Assembly (NCBI RefSeq): GCF_006345805.1
Contig: NC_043011.1
Coordinates: 49,240,464-49,304,463 of the forward strand
DNA length: 64,000 bases
Origin: Octopus sinensis
Lineage: Eukaryota
Reading direction: 5' to 3'
The notes under the pieces: model-generated
Seen by the model: the letters and a program-made list of their open reading frames with translations, nothing else
Database searches by the model: none
Told to the model about the DNA's origin: nothing
Part shown: piece after piece, positions 50,460 to 62,429 of the stretch
How positions within the stretch are numbered: the first letter of the stretch is position 1
Layout: every line of letters begins with the position of its first letter
Translations under genes and position numbers: made by a program

Positions 50460-51038
50460 TTTTCTACTCTAGGCACAAGGCCCGAAATTTTGGGGGAGGG
50501 GGCCAGTCGATTAGATCGACCCCAGTGCGCAACTGGTAATTAATTTATCGACCCCGAAAAGATGAAAGGCAAAGTGACCTCAGCGGAATTTGAACTCAGA
50601 ACATAAAGACTGATGAAATACCTATTTCTTTACTATCCACAAGTGGCTAAACACAGAGAGGACAAACAAGGACAGACAAACGGATTAAGTCGATTATATC
50701 GACCCCAGTGCGTAACTGGTACTTATTTAATCGATCCCGAAAGGATAAAAGGCAAAGTCGACCACGGCGGAATTTGAACTCAGAACGTAGCGGCAGATGA
50801 AATACCTATTTCTTTACTACCCACAAGGTGCTAAACACAGAGGAGACAAACAAGGACAGAGACGGATTAAGTCGATTATATCGACCTCAGTGCGTAACTG
50901 GTACTTAATTTATCGACCCCGAAAGGATGAAAGGCAAAGTCGACCTCGGCGGAATTTGAACTCTGAACGTAGCGGCAGACGAAATACCGCTAAGCATTTC
51001 GCCCGGCGTGCTAACGATTCTGCCAGCTCGCCGCCTTA
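50460..51038 (-). mobile_element. SINE B trimer with about 183-bp period
   Basis: GAAATACC junctions at about 50615, 50799 and 50981; full head at the 51038 end. Confidence 0.92.
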
Positions 51039-51710
51039 GTAAAATTAAGAAATTGCGAAAACAAAGGTGTTTGCATTAAGTACTTCTTTATTTAGTTCTG
51101 TTTTTGTTTTTAACTTGTTTCAGTCATTAGACTGCGGCCATGCTGGGGCACCACCTTGAGGAATTTAAATCGTGCTAATCGACCCCAGTATTTGTTTCCT
51201 TTTTAAGCCTGGTACTGACTCAATTTGACTGTTTTGCCGAACTGCTTTAGCAGCATTTGGTCTGTTTTGCCTGAAGCTATAGTAGGAGACACTTTCTCAA
51301 AGTGACACACAGTGGGGCTGAACCTGCAACCATGTGGTTGGGATGCAAATTTTTTCCTACACAGCCATGCCTGTATGTGCATTATACATATTCAGTTTCT
51401 CTCAACCTTCATTTCTCTCTCTATCTTTCCCTTCATCTTTCTTTCGGTAAAAATCTCGAACTCTGGTAACAATCTGTAATGTATTCTGCTCCTAAGAACA
51501 CTACCCTCTCTAGACTTGCCCAGTATTGCCCTGTTTCACACCTCAAATATGATGGAAACAGCTATTAACAGCAACGAATGCCCCTTTTCTTTAATGGCCC
51601 TCACTACAGCTTTGAAGGAACCACATCTACTGGAGACATACTTTCGTATGTTACTCACTACTGGGTCATCAACCTTGGGAAATTTTGTGAAGACAGAGTT
51701 GTATTATTGC

Positions 51711-52050
51711 CAGTGGTTAGAGCGTCGGGCTCGCAATTATGAGGGAGTCAGTTCTATTCCAGGACCAGGCTGTGTATGTTGTGTTCCTGAGCAAGACACT
51801 TTATTTCACGTTGCTCCAGTTCACTCAGCTGTAGAGATGTGTTGCGACGTCACTGGTTTCAAGCTATATTGGCCTTTGCCTTTCTCTTAGATAATAACAT
51901 CGGTAGCACGGAGAGGGGAGGCTGGTATGCATGGTCAATTGCTGTTCTTCCATAAAACATCATTGCTCAGACTTGTGCCTGCGAGGGGAATACTCTAGGT
52001 GCAATCCCATGGTTTTTCATGACCGAAGGGGGAGTCTTTACCCTTTTACT
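51711..52050 (+). mobile_element. CORE-like tRNA SINE family F
   Basis: CAGTGGTTAGAGCGTCGGGCTCGCAA head, GTTCCTGAGCAAGACACTT, CAGTTCACTCAGCTGTA (MIR/CORE-like), tail GTGCAATCCCATGG...GACCGAAGGGGG. Confidence 0.75.
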
Positions 52051-53040
52051 CTACTGTTGCTATTGATATCAACAACGCTTTCAAACGTGTCAGGACAAAC
52101 CTACATCACTACAATGTCCGTCATTCTCGCGTACCTTTTAGATTACAGATATTAACGCTATTTACCCGATTACAGGTATTAATGCTATTTATCCGATTAC
52201 AGGTATTAATGCTATTTACCCGGGATCGGGTAAATAGCATCAATACCCAATTTTATTTAAGCCAAAAATAGGGAAAATAGAATTTAACCATGATGGACTT
52301 CAAAGGGATAGGCCTTGGAACCACTAACAAACTGCCTAACCACTCGGCCATAGTGCAACTACAAATATGACCTTTTAACACACATATATATATATGGTTT
52401 CCTATTCTAATGTAATCATAAGAATTCTTATACGTTTATTACGTTTTGCTTTGGTTTTAAATTTTTTAAAGAACGTGAGGTGGGCTGCTGTAGGCTACTT
52501 TTGAGTTCGGAATCAAATTTACGAGCTGCAGAATAATAAAAGAAATGACATTTGTACGAAGATAGAATATTTGCTAGACTCTCACAAGATGTCATTCTTA
52601 GGGTTTCTTGCAACATGACTACTGTCTGATTCCTCATGACAAATATCATAAAGACAGAAGCTTGGCAAAATTGGAAAAAGTTCTTCGTAAATGACTGCGT
52701 AGTAATTGTTATGTATCATATGGCAGAAGAGGTACGTTACATATAAATAAAGGAAAGTGAGTGAAATAACTTGTTTAAACCAAATACATATTCAGGGTCA
52801 CATAAACACATATGTATTTATGTATGTATGTATGAATAAATGAATATAAATATACATGTATATGATTATATATGTATACATGTGTGTGTATGTGTATATA
52901 TATATATACACACACACATGTTATGTAATATAACGAATTTCAGTAACGGCCGTTTCGCGAAACGGCAGTCATAATAATATAGGGTAAATTTTTAAAATAA
53001 TTTTATCAAATAGTCAGTACGTAAAGAAACCTTTGAGGTA

Positions 53041-53262
53041 AAATATTCTATAATTATATACTTAATTATAATTAGGGGTCAGCTAAATGCTTCGCCACGT
53101 ACTGTATTAGAAATAGACGCTAATGTATTTTCTACAACCATAAAATTATTGTCTCGGAGATTTTATAGTAGAAAAGACATTAGCGTCTATCTCTAATTCT
53201 GTACGTGGCGAGGCATTTACCTGACCCCTTATTATAATTATGTATATAATTATAGAATATTT
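53041..53262. repeat. About 220 bp fold-back
   Basis: GGGGTCAG...AAATGC.TCGCCACGTAC...TAGACGCTAATGT pairs with ACATTAGCGTCTA...GTACGTGGCGAGGCATTT...CTGACCCC. Confidence 0.9.
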
Positions 53263-53295
53263 TGTATATATGTTCAAAATTAGGGAATGAACTAG

Positions 53296-53533
53296 ATAAA
53301 ATTCAGGATACATATGTTTCATAGCTAGCGGCACTTCGGAAGTACTAACTATCCAAACGTGGTGTGGACCACAAGCTGCTTTTCAGGTCAACGATACCTT
53401 GATTACATGAAGTTTACGTTGTCGTTGCGTATCCTTGGCTTGAAGAGTAGCTTGCGGTCTACTCCTCGTTTTGGATAATTACTACTTCTAAGGTTCTGCT
53501 GGTTATGAAACATGTAGCCCGGATTTTATCTAC
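53296..53533. repeat. Diverged fold-back (arms clearly related but with many mismatches)
   Basis: TAGATAAAAT...ATGTTTCATA...GAAGTA.TAA.TATCCAAA pairs with TTTGGATAATTACTACTTC...TATGAAACAT...ATTTTATCTA. Confidence 0.7.
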
Positions 53534-53561
53534 CCCATTTGGGATATTTATTTCCATATAC

Positions 53562-53944
53562 TGGAAGCACTCCGTCGGTTACGACGACGAGGGTTCCGGT
53601 TGATCCGAATCAACGGAACAGCCTGCTCGTGAAATTAACGTGCAAGTGGCTGAACACTCCACAGACACGTGCACCCTTAACGTAGTTCTCGGGGATATTC
53701 AGCGTGACACAGAGAGTGACAAGGCCGGTCCTTTGAAATACAAGGTACAACAGAAATAGGAAGAAAGAGTGAGAGAAAGTTGTGGTGAAAGAGTACAGCA
53801 GGGATCACCACCATCCCCTGCCGGAGCCTCGTGGAGCTTTAGGTGTTTTCGCTCAATAAACACTCACAACGCCCGGTCTGGGAATCGAAACCGCGATCCT
53901 ACGACCGCGAGTCCGCTGCCCTAACCACTGGGCCATTACGCCTC
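53562..53944 (-). mobile_element. SINE family C, full length, 12-bp target-site duplication
   Basis: Reverse complement of 16161-16551; ATTTCCATATAC at 53550-53561 and 53948-53959. Confidence 0.93.
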
Positions 53945-54170
53945 CCCATTTCCATATACAACACCCCAGTTGCTAACCGTGTGCCATAAAGTAACATTTT
54001 TTCTTCAGCTTATCGTACTTCGATACAGGAAAAATTCACAACCTTCTCCGATGATAAACCACTATTGTTCCTGGAAGCTGTGTTTTATATCTTCTATGGA
54101 CTGCTTTCGAGTTCACTAACTTCCCATACCTTCATCCCTGGACCTTACCTTTACATAAATTTATATATAA

Positions 54171-54567
54171 CTAGCAGTATCGCCCGGCGTTGCTCGGGTT
54201 TGTAAGGGAAATAACTATATAAGCATTTTTAGAGAGTTATAGCCAAAAAATAGCAAAAAAATGCTCTAAAAATGGAAAAAAAATGATGGTAATTTTTTTT
54301 TTAAATCGTTGACTCATCGTAGACATTTTTAGAGAGTTATTTCCCTTATATAATAGCGAAAAAATGCATTAAAATGGAAAAAAATGATGGTAATTTTTTA
54401 AAAAATCGTAGACTCATCGTAGACACGCGCTAATACCCAGAAGGGCTCGATATGAATCACGACTATAAGATACCCGGTTTTGGTTAAACTGCACCGGAAA
54501 ATGTGGGAGTAGTTAGGAATCTAAATCGTAGGAGACAGACACACAACCTCTCTTTTATATATAAAGA
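54171..54567 (-). mobile_element. Non-autonomous Helitron, copy 1
   Basis: Minus strand starts A|TC and ends with hairpin CCCGAGCAACGCCGGG followed by CTAG|T. Confidence 0.82.
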
Positions 54568-54919
54568 TGTATGTATGCGTTTACTCTTGTCGACGGTGGA
54601 ACTCCAGACTTCCAGACAACGTGAAAAGAGACCTCTTTCAAGCAACTCTTTTTTCTGTTCTATTGTATGCAGATCAGCAGCCTTACAGCATTGGAGAAAT
54701 GACCGGAAATTATTGGAAAAATGACCGGAAGATCTGACGGTGCCTGCCTCAAAGGTTTCTTTACGTACTGACTATTTGATAAAATTATTTTTAAATTTTA
54801 CCCTATATTATTATGACTGCCGTTTCGCGAAACGGCCGTTACTGAAATTCGTTATATTACATAATATGTGTGTGTGTGTATATATTCATGCTAAGTGTGG
54901 TTTTCAATGTCCCATAGAG

Positions 54920-55198
54920 AGATCGTTTGAACCAATGAGCGATCGTCTGGGAAACTTAGTCCAGTATCAGACATCATCAGAGAGCGTTGAACCAGATTTG
55001 TGGGACATTGCTGTTAAGTTAAACGATGAAACTGTTCGTGGGGTTCTTTTGTGGTAGACCTCACAAGAAAGAGCTATCAAGGGACGACAAGCTACGACCT
55101 ACATCCTTTTATCCTGCTGAAAGTGATGAGCAATAGAAATGGATGGCGACAGAGTCACGGGAATCTGTGCAAGTGGTGCAGCCAGATGATGATGATGC
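54920..55198 (+). pseudogene. Degenerate RTE LINE 3' end with (GAT)n tail
   Basis: TNERSSGKLSPVSDIIRER*TRFVGHC...GRQATTY matches TNE.LYG.L.PVS..IRERR.RF.GHC...GRP..TY. Confidence 0.75.
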
Positions 55199-55384
55199 TG
55201 TATCATCATATATATATATAATTTTTTAGTAGAAGATATAAACTTCGGTTGTCAGTAATTTAAATCCAAATAAACGAAATCATGTTTCCAGTGACTTATA
55301 AGACGTGATTGGACGGGATACGTTGCTCCATTCATGTATTTTTTAGGATCAATAAACACACACACACACACATATATATATATA

Positions 55385-55776
55385 CTAGCAGTATCGCCCG
55401 GCGTTGCTCAGGTTTGTAAGGGAAATAACTATAAAGCATTTTTAGAGAGTTATAGCCAAAAAATAGGAAAAAAATGGAAAAAAATGATGGTAAATTTTTT
55501 TTGAGAGTAAAAAAGGTGGAGTTGCGTCCCCTAGACAGTTTGCGGTTTGTGTTTCTGATTCTCGACCCCATGTCGAATTTATCGATTTTTTTCAGAACTG
55601 GGGGAACTTTTCAAAATTTTCGCTGCGTTAGTTTTGAATTATGACATTGGGCTATGTGTGTGTCAAGTTTCATCAGAATCGGTTGAAAGCCGTGGTCAGG
55701 GTGAGGGTACAACCTGACAGACACACAGACAGACAGTCAGACAAACTGCCGTTTATATATATATATATATATATAT
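55385..55776 (-). mobile_element. Non-autonomous Helitron, copy 2
   Basis: Same CTAGCAGTATCGCCCGGCGTTGCTC terminus; interior shared with copy 3. Confidence 0.8.
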
Positions 55777-55942
55777 CAAAATAATTCAAATAATAAAGTA
55801 TAAGTGAAGAAAAACATTCTAGTCAAGTATATAATGAGATAAGATCAAAGAAACATGTATCCGTGTGTAGATACATAAACGAGCACAAAAAACAGTTGTA
55901 CTATATATGGAGTAGCCTCTCCACTAACATTTCTTATATATA

Positions 55943-55973
<31 letters not shown>

Positions 55974-55974
55974 A

Positions 55975-56273
55975 GGCGCAATGGCCCAGTGGTTAGGACA
56001 GCGGACTCGTGGTCGTAGGATCGCGGTTTCGATTCCCAGACTGGGCGTTGTGAGTGTTTATTGAGCGAAAACACCTAAATCTCCACGAGGCTCCGGCAGG
56101 GGGTGGTGGTGACCCCTGCTGTACTCTTTCGCCACAACTTTCTCTCACTCTTTCTTCTGTTGGCCTGCTCGCTTAGCCAGCGGGGTGGCATCATTTGAAG
56201 GCTAAAACAATGCGAAGCGCATTGTGACCAGCGATGTGTAGCAATATCTGATAGCCTGGTCGGTCACGGTGAT
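55975..56273 (+). mobile_element. SINE family C variant with RTE-derived 3' tail (tail type 2)
   Basis: First about 170 nt match family C; tail TGTGACCAGCGATGT...GTCGGTCACGGTGAT matches the RTE end at 1820-1882. Confidence 0.85.
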
Positions 56274-56997
56274 ATATATATATATATATACACACCTCCC
56301 CCCCCAAAGGTTATTGTATAACTGCAGTCGCAAAAGAAAATGACAAAAGAGTGGACAGGATTCCCTGTGCCTATTGAAGCAAATAAATGTTGGATACTAT
56401 TCGACTGCGATAAGCATTGCAGCAAAGCAACTCACCATCGCATTAAGTACGACATACCTAGACGTACAACTGGAGACCATCTACGACTTCTTATGTCTAA
56501 TTGTATCACAAACGTCTTTGGTATTTAGCTCAGACTCTGAAGCACCAGCGGAGATTTTGTCCCGTTCTTACATAAATTTTTGTTTACCCATGGCGATTGA
56601 AACGTTTTTAGCATATAAATATATAAATTCAATATATACACTGTTTCGGTATATCTACATACAAAAACACGGTAAAGGATGAAAAATATGAACAGGTTCG
56701 CTTAGGGTAAATGAACCTTGTTATCTGCCGAATACAGTTCAACCACGACATACACCACACACTTCTAAATAATTGTAGTATTTTTCTTTATGAATAAAAT
56801 GAAATAAAAATAAAAGTAGCAATTTTCCCTTTGCCGAACGGCATTGAAGGCAAGATTTCTTGTGTTTGATTTACATTCACAACGTGGCCATTTAATGAGT
56901 GTGAAACAATATTACTTTCATTTAAAACTCTGAGTCAACGCCAGGCGTTTCGTATTATGATATGTCATTAACTTTATTATATTTCGATTAACTTAGG

Positions 56998-57045
56998 CTG
57001 ATGAAATGATTTTATGGGAACATAAAAATTATTGAAACGATCATT
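56998..57045 (+). ncRNA. Hammerhead-like motif with long helix II, probably decayed
   Basis: CUGAUGA, 12-bp AU-rich stem with GGAA loop, GAAAC-GA-UC; helix I not evident. Confidence 0.3.
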
Positions 57046-57101
57046 ATAAATGAAGCTTCGAAATATTAATACTTTGTTTTTCTGTTATTCTTTTAATGAT
57101 C

Positions 57102-57221
<120 letters not shown>

Positions 57222-57352
57222 ATATATATATAAACTTACTTGGAGGAAACGAAACGACGCGAGGGCGCTCAGTCATACAATAGTGTAATAAATAAAATAT
57301 ATGCATACATACATACATACATTTATGTACGTACCTACATCTACATGCATAT

Positions 57353-57403
<51 letters not shown>

Positions 57404-57414
57404 TATCTATATAT

Positions 57415-57458
<44 letters not shown>

Positions 57459-57517
57459 ATGTGTGTGTGTGTGTGTATATATATGTATATATATGTGTAT
57501 ATGTGTGTGTGTGTGTA

Positions 57518-57549
<32 letters not shown>

Positions 57550-57884
57550 GTAAAAAGAAGTATATCGAATGAGATCCGAGTGATAATTCAACGTAGAGTT
57601 AGTTCTCAAGCAGAATCCCGAGAATGTATCATAACGTTTCGGACAAAAGTCTTTTATCAGAAGAAAAGAGAGAAGCGTATTGTGAGTGAGAAAGAGAGAT
57701 AGATTGAAAAACAACAGGGCAAGTGTTAGAAACCAACGAAAACAGATGTCTTATGGTGGGGAGATAGTGAAGAAGGGAGGAATAGGTGAGCGTGTAAATG
57801 CAAGTATAAGAGTGAGCTGTGTCTGGAAGCAGGTGTTAGGGGTTTGTGTTGTACGAACGTATTGTGTAAGTAGTGTTGATCTGT

Positions 57885-58380
57885 GAGTGTAAAAGGAGTA
57901 AAGACTACTCCACTTCGGTCATGAATGACCATGGGATTGCACCTATAAAGTTCCTCTCCAAGGCACAAGTCTGGGCAAGGTTGTTTATGGAAGACCAGCA
58001 GTCACCCAAGCATACTAACCTGCCCCCTCCATGCCACCGATGTTATCTAAGGGAATGGCAAAGGCTGATACAACTTGGCACCAGTGAAATCGTCACTCAT
58101 TTTTACAGGTGAGTGAACTGAAGCAACGTGAAAATAAGATGTCTTGTTCAAGAACACTATACATAGCCCGGTCCAGGAATCGAGCTCACTACCTCATGAT
58201 TGCGACCCTGACGCTCTAACCACTGAGCCATGCGCCATCACTATTCTACAGCTGAGTGAACTGAAACAACGTGAAATAAAGTGTCTTGCTCAAGAACACA
58301 ACGCACAGCCTTGTCCGGGAATCGAGCTCACTACCTCATGATTGTGAGCCGGACGCTCTAACCACTGAGCCATGCGGTTC
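57885..58380 (-). mobile_element. SINE family F full copy (57885-58227) plus a second head (58245-58380)
   Basis: Reverse complement of the 51711-52050 family; head GGCGCATGGCTCAGTGGTTAGAGCGTC. Confidence 0.8.
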
Positions 58381-58857
58381 CACATATCTATGTGTGTGTA
58401 ATCGTTAGTTTAGTGGTGTTAAAGTGAGGAGGTGAGAACTGGTGCCACGCAGTGGAACTCAACCCAGAACCATGTGGTCGGTAAGCAAGCTACTTCTATT
58501 CATTAAATATGCCATGTAGGCAGCACAGTGATAAGGTAGCTTTGCGGGCTGGACATAGACATTGATGAGGCGAATGATTTATGATCCAAAAATGATAAAG
58601 CTGAGAGAAGACAGAAAGCGCCCGCCGACCCTCTGCTTCTCTAAGCAAGCTACTTACCACACAGCCACGTCTGCGCTTGTATATATTATGGGTCTTTCAA
58701 AACACAGAATGGGTGTGAGAGTCCACCCGAGTAAAATAGAAATCAAAGGAGGTCCATAGGCAAAAAATGGTTAAGAACCACTTTGTTCCTTCTTTGTTCT
58801 GCTCTTATTTTTATTCAATTTACAATATTTATTTATTTATTTACTTATTTACATATA

Positions 58858-59476
58858 CATAGTGCCAAAGGTCCCAGTAATGCCATCACGCTTCAGGACC
58901 AGTTACTGCAACAGCCTGGGTTTCAAGGGCCCACAGCTTTTTAATATTCTCCCAAATAAGATCGTCGCTCTGCAACAGCTCAGCTACTGGGAAAGGTTGA
59001 AACAGCTAAGAATCAACTCCCTGGAGAGAAGACGCGAGAGGTATGCAGTAATATACGTCTGGAAGATCCTGGAAGCAATTGTGCCAAATTTTGGCATTGT
59101 AAGCTACACCAATGCTAGAACGGGACGACACTGCATAGTGCCAAAGATCCCAGCAATGCCATCACGCTTCAGGACCAGCTACTGCAACAGCCTGGGTTTC
59201 AAGGGCCCACAGCTTTTTAATATTCTCCCAAAGAGTCTGAGGAACTTGCACAAAGTAGATGTGGGGGTTTTTAAATCATAGCTGGACCTCTTCCTGTCGA
59301 GAGTCCCAGATGAACCTACCTCACGGCAAGAGGTGCAAATGAGGGTAGCTATATCAAACTCCATGCTCCACCAAGTGCCACATATTAGAGGAGGCTCTTA
59401 GTAATAACAGTGTAGCAAAACGGCAGTGCATCAGCATGGCCACAGCTCTGAGCTGCAACTAGAGAAACAAAAAAAA
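58858..59476 (+). mobile_element. CR1-like LINE 3' end with a 99-bp internal duplication at its 5' junction
   Basis: LSYWERLKQLRINSLERRRERYAVIYVWKIL...GPQLFNILPKSLRN...FKS*LDLFLSRVPDEP are CR1-group C-terminal motifs; 3' UTR ends in an A-rich tail. Confidence 0.9.
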
Positions 59477-59794
59477 TTCGTACAAAGATCACGTTGATCG
59501 TTGCCATTAGTTTAGTAGTTAATAAAATACTCTGAGGGAACATTAATAAATGAATTAAATACATGGTGAATTATAAACATTGCATTTCCCTATTGCAAAA
59601 TATGAGACTATTTTGAGCCCAGGTACTTAACAACTTCAACCTTTGTAGAAACATTAGTTCCGTATAGCAGGCAGTAAATAAATATATATATATATAGTTA
59701 ATCCAAACAAGAAAGCACAAAAAAACACAACAACGCGAGGACGTGGAACAAATATAGTATTATTGGACGCTCAGGAAAGAAGGAAAGAAGGAGG

Positions 59795-59829
59795 GTTTAA
59801 CGTTTCGAGCGGAGCTCTTCGTCGGAAAC
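59795..59829 (-). ncRNA. Minimal hammerhead-like motif in a PLE-type relic (about 59690-59885)
   Basis: GUUU-CCGACGA-A-GAGC(UCC)GCUC-GAAA-CG-UU-AAAC: helices I and II intact, U4 changed to C, site UU. Confidence 0.5.
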
Positions 59830-60002
59830 ATAGGAGAAGGGAAGACAGAGGGAAAAAATCGCCAACGGTACACACGCGGTCACATACAATGATATGTGAT
59901 AGTGGTCGATATCAGTTCAATCCATGATACAGAAATACATGTAGTCTGGATTGAATTGGCATTGTCTATTATGTTTTTATTGTAATTATACATGTACACA
60001 CA

Positions 60003-60105
<103 letters not shown>

Positions 60106-60290
60106 TAGAATGGTTGTATACTGTCAATCTAACGTGAACGTGACAGTAGGGGGTTACACCACAGCTGTTTAGCCCTAGGAAGCATCGACGCTTCCTGATG
60201 GTTTCGACACATTTTTCCTGTGTCCTTATATACATTTACAAACATTCTATCGCCCCACCACCGTACATATCTCTATGAGAGATTTAGAAA

Positions 60291-60337
<47 letters not shown>

Positions 60338-60940
60338 TAAATAAAATAAAACATATGCATATATATAAACATATATGTACGTACCTAGCTCTACATGTAT
60401 ATATACATGCATATATGAGTACAGGACACCAAAGGGACGTCGAACACAATGAGAAACGAAAACATAGATACAAACCAAAGGAACTGGACATTTTTTTAAA
60501 AACAGCAAAAAAAAAATAGAGTACAGGACAATTAACACAAAGAACAAACCCCTTCTTCAGTCGCTAAAGGTTTCATCTACTCTACGTTTCGAAGGATAAT
60601 TATGACTACCGAATAATTGTCACATATTACATTTACAGTTATATAATGTATGTATGTATGTATATTTACATATATGATTTGGTTTCGGTCTTAATGATCG
60701 TGGTAATTAACTCGGTAGCCTCCAGCATGTATTTGGCTAGCAACGTACATTCATTAACGCAATTACTACTTGTTTAATTATATCAGGTATACCGCAACTC
60801 CAATCCTTGCAACAGCATTAGCTGCACATGTCGCCATGTCACGCGACGAAGCCGTATAATAGATGAAGATGAATAGATAATGAACTGTAATTATGCAATC
60901 ATCTTTATTCTTTATGAGTGTCTACATATATACATACATA

Positions 60941-61342
60941 GGCGCAGGAGTGGCTGTGTGGTAAGTAGCTTGCTAACCAACCACATGGTTCCGGGTTCAG
61001 TCCCACTGCGTGGCATCTTGGGCAAGTGTCTTCTGCTATAGCCCCGGGCCGACCAATGCCTTGTGAGTGGATTTGGTAGACGGAAACTGAAAGAAGCCTG
61101 TCGTATATATGTATATATATGTATGTGTATGTGTGTGTGTGTGTGTGTTTGTGTTTGTCCCCCTAGCATTGCTTGACAACCGATGCTGGTGTGCTTATGT
61201 CCCCGTTACTTAGCGGTTCGGCAAAAGAGACCGATAGAATAAGTACTGGGCTTATAAAAGAATAAGTCCCGGGGTCGGTTTGCTCGACTAAAGGCGGTGC
61301 TCCAGCATGGCCGCAGTCAAATGACTGAAACAAGTAAAAGAG
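60941..61342 (+). mobile_element. SINE family A, reference full-length copy (tRNA head, CORE-like segment, internal microsatellite, CR1-like tail)
   Basis: GGCGCAGGAGTGGCTGTGTGGTAAG...GGTTCAGTCCC head; CTTGGGCAAGTGTCTT resembles the start of the CORE domain; tail GGCGGTGCTCCAGCATGGCCGCAG. Confidence 0.93.
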
Positions 61343-61509
61343 TATACATACATAGGTTGATATTTATACTAAAATATTTATATAGTTATATGTGTATATA
61401 TGAATGTATTTGTATGCAGATGTGGGCTTGCGTGGAGGTGCACATCTAAGTTCAAGTTTTATCATTTTTATTCTAGGTTTTTGATATATTCTTAGCTTTT
61501 TATTGTTGA

Positions 61510-61894
61510 CTAGCAGTATCGCCCGGCGTTGCTCAGGTTTGTAAGGGAAATAACTATAAAGCATTTTTAGAGAGTTATAGCCAAAAAATAGCAAAAAAAA
61601 CGGAAAAAATTATGGTAAATTTTTTTTTGATAGTTAAAAAAGGTGGAGTTGCGTCACCTACAAAGTTTGTGGTTTGTGTTCCTGATTCTCGACCCCATGT
61701 CGAATTTATCGATTTTTTTCAGAACTGGGGGAACTTTTCAAAATTTTCGCTGCGTTAGTTTTGAATTATGACATTGGGCTATGTGTGTGTCAAGTTTCAT
61801 CAGAATCGGTTGAAAGCCGTGGTCAGGGTGAGGGTACAAGCAAACAGACACACAGAAACACGCACAAACAAACTGCCGTTTATATAGAGAGAGA
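61510..61894 (-). mobile_element. Non-autonomous Helitron, copy 3
   Basis: A|TC start at 61894; hairpin plus CTAG|T end at 61510. Confidence 0.82.
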
Positions 61895-62429
61895 TTTGGA
61901 ATAATAAAGTTCGTAAATCTATATTCTATGTTTCCAAACCTCAACTGTCTTATTTACAAGAAATGAGCGGAATATATTTAGCAATACACACACAAAATTA
62001 TACATATATATCTATGTATATATATGTATGCGAGTATCTATTTTTCACACGTTTCAGACATTTGGCTGCGGTTACGCTAGAGCACCACTTCAAAGGGTTT
62101 TAGTCGAAGAAATCGACATCAGGACTTATTCTTTCTTACGCAATTGTTTAATATTTTGGCACAAGGCCATGTGATTTCGGGAGAGGGCTTAAGTCGATTC
62201 TACTGGAACTTATTTTATCGATCTTGAGAGGATGGAAGTCAATTTCGACCTCGGTAGAATTTGACCTCATAATGTGAAGTAGTTTTCCCGGCGCGCCAAC
62301 GATTCTGCCAGCTCACAGCCATTGTTTCTTATAAATTTATTCAATTCATGTAGATTTTACCGACAAAGATTTTTTTCATCTTTAGTTTCATGCCCCAGCA
62401 TTTGTTGTCGTCTTTATATTCTCCTTTCT

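Larger units (their letters stand above)
52921..54864. mobile_element. About 1.95-kb composite bounded by 118-bp inverted repeats (52921-53038 and 54747-54864)
   Basis: The arms differ by about 2 substitutions and each holds the palindrome GCCGTTTCGCGAAACGGC; the interior holds two fold-backs, a SINE C and a Helitron. Confidence 0.75.

Noticed and set aside
51420-51705. Minus-strand reading NSVFTKFPKVDDPVVSNIRKY... as a LINE ORF2 end (also 44060-44330)
   Set aside because: Only a vague resemblance to L1/Tx1 C-termini; no diagnostic motif I can name.
60545-60600. Type II hammerhead from GAAACGUA followed by CUGAAGA (minus)
   Set aside because: Helix I cannot be formed; more likely rearranged halves of a decayed motif.
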